The notes beneath the pieces were generated by a model. That model did no database searches and was not told the origin of the DNA. It was given only the letters and a program-made list of their open reading frames with translations. Position numbers and translations under genes: made by a program. A DNA stretch of 64,000 nt from the human T2T-CHM13v2.0 reference genome, Homo sapiens. The stretch lies in assembly GCF_009914755.1 (NCBI RefSeq), contig NC_060928.1. One strand, given 5' to 3'. The number at the start of each line of letters is the position of its first letter. The stretch's first letter is position 1. Of the stretch, positions 58,277 to 64,000 are shown piece after piece.

Positions 58277-60154
58277 TGAGTTGTTTAAGTTTCTTATATA
58301 TTATGGATATTAACAGCTTGTCAGATGCATAGTTTTCAAATATTTTTTTCCATTCTGTAGGTTGTCTCTACACTCTGTTAATTATTACTTTTGCTGTAAA
58401 AAATCTTATTAATTTATTGGAATATATCATTTGTCTATTTTTGCTTTGTTGTCTGTGTTTTTGAGGTCTTATCTAAAAGCTCCTTGCCTATTCCAATGTA
58501 GTTGGGCTTTTCCCCTATGTTTTCTTCTAGTGGTTCTATAGTTTCAGGTTTTACATTTAAGTATTTAATCCATTTTGAGTTGATTATTGGTTAAGTTTAT
58601 TTCTAGGTATCTTATTTTTTGTGGCAATTGTAAATAAAACTGTTTTCTTGATTTTTCAGATAGTAAAAGAGAAAAATACTTTCAGTTTTTTCCCATTGAG
58701 TATGATGTTAGCAATGAGCTTGTCATATTATATGTTCTTTATTGTGTTGAAATACATACTATCTATACATAACTTTTTGAGAGTTTTTTTTAATCATGAA
58801 GAAATGTTTAATTTTGCCCAAGGCTTTTCTGCACTATTGAAATGATCATATAGTTTTTGTCTTTCTTTCTGTTAATGTGATGTATAACACTTATTGATTT
58901 ATGTATATTGAACTATCCTTACATCCCTGCACGAATACTTGATCATAATGAATAATCTTTTAAATGTGTTGTTGAATATGATATGGTAGTATTAGGTTGA
59001 GAATTTTTGCATATATGTTAATAAGGGATATTGGCCTGTAGTTTTCCTTTTTGTTGTTGTATTATCCTTGTCTGATTTTGGTATCAGGAGCCTTGAAAAA
59101 TGTGTTTGGAAGTACTCTCATAAGTTTTCTCGATTATTTTTGAAGAAGTAGTATTAATTTTTTTAATATTTCATAAAATTTTTCAGTGAAGCCATCAGAT
59201 CCTGGGCTTTTATTTGTTGGTACACTTTATATAACTAATTGTTTTTTTCACTTGTTATTGGACTGTCCAGACTTGCTATTTCTGCTTAATTTTATCTTGG
59301 TATATTGTGTGTCCAAGAATTTATCCTTTGTCTCTAGGTTTTTCAGTTTGTTAGTGTATAGTTGTTCATAACAGTCTCTGATCATCTTTTGTATTTCTGT
59401 GGTACTAGTGGTAATGTCTCATTTTCCATTTCTAATTTTATTTATTTGAATCTTTTCTCTTTTTTCCTTAGTCTAGCCTAAGCCAAGATTACATTATGAA
59501 GAAATAGAAAATCTGCTCAGACCAATAACAAGTAAAAAAAAAATTGAATTAGCAATAATAAGTGTCTCAACAAATAAAAGCTTAGATTTTCAATTGTGTT
59601 TATCTTTTGGGGAAGAAAACTTTGTTCTGTTGATCTTTTCAATTACTTTTTAAATCTTTTTTTAAAATTTATTTCTCCTTTGAGCTATATTATTTCTTTC
59701 CCTCTACAAAGGTGGGTTTTTTTTTCTTGCACTGTATTTTAAGTCCTTAAGGTGCATCATTAAGTTGCTTATTAGAAGTATCTCTCCTTGATGCATGTAG
59801 GCTTTTATTACTATAAACTTCCCTTTCAGAATTGCTTTTGCTCTGTTTCATAGATTTTCTTGTAATGTGTTCCTATTCTCATTGTTTTAAGGAATTTTTA
59901 AGTTTCTTTTTTTAATCTTTTTTATTGATCCATTGGTTATTTAGGAGCATGTTGTTTAATTTTTCATGTATTTGCAACTTTTCCAAATTTTTGATGTTCA
60001 TGTTTATTTCTAGACTACAAGTCAAAAACTATAAAAAGAGACAAAGAAAATAATTATGTCATGATAAAGGAGTCAATTAACAATTGTTAGTATATATGAG
60101 TCCAACACCAGGGCACCAAAATATATAAAGCAAATATTATTAAATCTGAAGGGA

Positions 60155-60286
60155 GAGATAGACTGCAATGCAACAATAGTAGAGGACTTTAACATCCCAT
60201 TTTCAACACTGAACAGATTAGAGATAGACTGCAATGCAACAACAGTAAAGGACTTCAACATCCCATTTTCAACATTGAACAGATTA
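60155..60286. repeat. 66-bp tandem duplication inside the L1 endonuclease segment
   Basis: gagatagactgcaatgcaacaa...ttttcaacactgaacagatta starts at 60155 and again at 60221. Confidence 0.92.
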
Positions 60287-60471
60287 CCTAAACAGAAAAC
60301 CAACAATGAAACATTTTACTTAAACTGCACCATAGACCAAATAGACCTAATGGATATTTACAGACCATTCAATACAACAGCTGCCAAATACACATTCTTC
60401 TTAAATGCACAAGGAACATTCTCCAGGATAGACCAAATGTTAGATCACAAACCAAGTCAAAACAAATTTAA

Positions 60472-60802
<331 letters not shown>

Positions 60803-62529
60803 CATTTCTCATTTATTTACTTTCAGTCTATGATTGTCTTTAAGGGTGGTGAGTTGAGTATCTTGTAAGCAGCATATAGTTTGGTCTTGTTTTTGTTTGT
60901 TTTTTAAATCCATTCAGCCAGTCTATATTTTTTAATTGGAGAATTTAATCCATTTATATTCAAGGTTATTATTGATGCCTCACTCCTACAATTTTGCTGT
61001 TTTCTGCTTGTTGTGTAGATCCTTTGTTCCTTTCTATTTTGTTGCTTGTGTCTGTGGTTGGAAGGTTTTCTGTGTTGCTAAGATTTCTATCAATATGTTG
61101 GCAGCTTAGTTTTGCTGAGGGTGGAGCTGCTGGTCTGGTTGTTGGGCTTGGTGTGCAAGGGCACAGTGGGATGGGCAACTGTATGGCAGACTTTCCAGGG
61201 GTGAGGGCCACTGCCACGCCAGCTGTTGGACAGGGCGTGTATGAATTCAGCAGGACAAATGACTGTGTTGGCCTCCACTGTGCAGGTCTGCCTCTTTCCT
61301 AAAGGTTGGGATAAGAAGTGGGTTCAGACGTGGGTTTCAGCTGTGCACTGGGCCTAAGCTCTAAGCAGGCAAAGCTGTTGTGCTGCAGCCATCCATGTGA
61401 ATGTGGTGGAATAAAGGCAGAGCTTCGGTGATAGAGAGAGGAAGTGGCCACTGGCCACTGGCCCCCAGGGCAGGGTACCTATCTAGCGGTTTCAAGATGA
61501 TGCCCTGCAGTAGCAGCTTAGGTCAAGGGTGGTGAGGGTTACACAATGTGGGCTCCTATTCTGGGGCAATGCAGCTTAATGAACTCTAGACAATTCTCCA
61601 AATTGAATTAAGGCCTGTAAGGCCTGTGAGACTCTCCTGTGACAAGAACTGCAGGCATCTGTGGTAGTAATGGGGACTCTGCTTGGGGTCCCCAGCTTAC
61701 CTCTTCTTCTTAAGAAAAAGGACCTACTGTCTCCAACGTGATTTTGGTAAGGGAAAGTGTGACAGTTATGGTCCTTTGCTCTTCTCCCTAAGGTGCCATC
61801 CTGGGTTTCTGTGCTCCACAGAGGTTTTGCCACTTTCCTGGGGCTCCCCAGCCTACTTCCTCAGGCACTCCCATCAAAATGTAATTGTTTATTCATTGCT
61901 TTACTTCCTTTTTAGTGGGGTGGGATAAGTGCCAGGCAACTGTAGTCAGCCATCCTGCTCTTTCCCTGACTAGGTCTTTTAGTCTCTCTGTTGCCACACC
62001 TTAACACCTATACTTTAGCCCAAACATTCCAATAGAATTATAATTTGCTAAATATGCTATGTTCTTTAGGGTCTGCACATTCATACAAACAGTACCTTCT
62101 TGCTGAAAACAGGTGCTTACCTCTACCACCCTAGAATGAACAATCATGTTTACTTCTTTCCCTGCTGGATAACTCCTTCTAATAGTTAAGTTTCATTTCA
62201 AATGTCTCCTCCTCTGGTCAGATTTCTCTAACCACTTGGTTTGTATCAGCTATATCACTTCACTCTCCTTTAGGACCACCTATCTCTTACAGTATACTGA
62301 GAGTTCACTGGGGATAAACATTATTAATGTGTGTATTTTCATCATCAAGATAGCAACTTTTATTTAAAAAGTTGCTTACATATTTGATGAATAAATGAGT
62401 AAAAATCATTTTACTACATCTTCCTGTCAATTAAAGCTGTTGCCAGTACTGGATATTATAAGTCACCTGTTGGCCCTTCTTCCATTTGGAATCATTTAAG
62501 GTTCACAGAGAAGATGGCAAAAAAATTAG

Positions 62530-63320
62530 ACACTTGCTGAAATAGAAAAGAGAGCAGAAGAGATTTTGGAACTGAGGTTGGAGGAGTAAGGATGTTAATT
62601 GTGGATATGTTAAATCAGAGATAGCTATGGCTATTATCAGTGTAGAGTTTATGCAGGCAGTTGATATTAAAATTTAGAATTTAAGAGCGAGAATCAAACT
62701 GGAGGTACAATGTGAGTTATAACGCGCACAGAGATGCTGTCTAAAGCATCAGATTTAATCTGGTCACTTAAAGAGCAAATTTAGAGCAAGAAGAGAGAAG
62801 ATTCAAGGACAGGATCTGTGAAACTCCAAGTGTCAGAAAACTGACAGGGAACCAGCAAACAGTCCAAGGAAAAGTAGTCAGTGAAGGAGGAGAAGACCCA
62901 GCAGGATTAGTGTCATGGAAGCTGAGTGACGAAGTATTCCATGAAGACAAAAGTGATTGTCTGTGCCGAATATTGCTGAAATAGCAAGTATATTAAGGTG
63001 TGAACATTAATCATTGGATTTAGAAATAGGAAAGTATTATGTACTAGTGAAAGAGGAGCTTTTTTAAAGTAAATGGCAGCAAGTGACACCGAAGAATTTG
63101 AAACACATTGATGCAGATAATTTTCCAGAGAATTTTGCCATAAAGAGGTCAGAGAAATAAGTTTTAGCCTGAAAAATTAAGTGAAGTAGCATTTATTTGT
63201 CTGTTTGTTGGGTAAGTTTGTTTAATTTGGAAAAATTAAAGCGTGTTTAGATTTGATGTAGAGAGGGGAAGCATTGAAGATGCAGAAGTGAGAGATCATT
63301 GCTGAGTAATTTTACTAGTA
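62530..63320 (-). mobile_element. L2 fragment
   Basis: gtggatatgttaaatcagagat..., gtgtcatggaagc, cattggatttagaaa are typical of L2 antisense. Confidence 0.55.
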
Positions 63321-63329
63321 ATAAGGAAA

Positions 63330-64000
63330 ATGCCAATTAAAATTGCAGTGAGGGACTATTTCACACCAAACAGACTAGCAAAATGCAAAAATTCTGTTGG
63401 TACCAATCTGTGGCCAAAATGGAGAAAATCACAAACTCTCATACATTGCTGGCAGGACTATACGTGGTAACAGCCACTTAGGAAAAATATTTGATGATAT
63501 GCAGTGTAGTTGAGGCATTTATTTCCCGAGACCTAGTGATTTCGCTTTCTGGTATACCTTCTAAAGCAATATTTTTACATTTTATTGTGCATACAAATCA
63601 CCGGAGATCCTGTTAAAATGCAGATTCTGGTTCAGGGGGCCTGGGATGAGGTCTGAGATTCCTCATTTCTAACAAGCTCCCGTGCAATGCCATTGCTGCA
63701 TGACTGTGGATGCATGCGGAGTTACATGCCTCTGCGGCAGCTCTCGCACGTGTTCCAGAAGACGGCTGCAGTGATGCTCACTGAAATAGGGAACAGCTGC
63801 CAACCACCCCTCAGTGCATCAGTATGAGCACAGATGACACATCCTAGTATATTCAAAAGAGACAATGCCGTACTAGTTCCATGGTTGACAACATGGTGCT
63901 AAAACAAAAAACTCAAAGAATGATACATATTGAATGTTGCCTTTTATGTACATTTTATTTCCGAACATAAAAATATGTAAATTACAGTGGAAGACCAGAC
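63330..64000 (+). mobile_element. L1ME-type 3' fragment with a MER5A insertion (~63570-63715)
   Basis: aaactctcatacattgctggcagga (L1); aaatcaccggagatcctgttaaaatgcagattc...tttctaacaagctccc (MER5A). Confidence 0.65.

Overview
Primate, human-like genomic DNA (Alu, L1PA, THE1/MST, MLT2 and MER families). It is AT-rich and mostly interspersed repeats, and I can support no host protein-coding or RNA gene. Main structures: (1) a decayed ERVL-class provirus with both LTRs on the minus strand (~696-7805), retaining RT (YTDD), RNase H and integrase remnants and interrupted by two AluJ and nested MLT2 LTRs; (2) a THE1D-like MaLR with a 274-aa internal ORF; (3) a young L1PA with a twin-priming 5' inversion and a 13-bp TSD; (4) a largely repeat-poor block (~25.5-33.7 kb) holding a 73 x 42-bp GC-rich minisatellite with exact periodicity, open in four reading frames; (5) an L1 > MSTB > MER75 nest with a 16 x 48-bp minisatellite grown from MST internal sequence; (6) old L1s with templated insertions and inversions. 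The long ORFs are explained by repeats. I found no convincing novel biological system. The best candidate for a second look is the 42-bp VNTR, which lies inside a possible frame-preserving minus-strand exon next to octamer/SOX motifs. Repeat subfamily names come from recalled consensus sequences and need RepeatMasker/Dfam confirmation.
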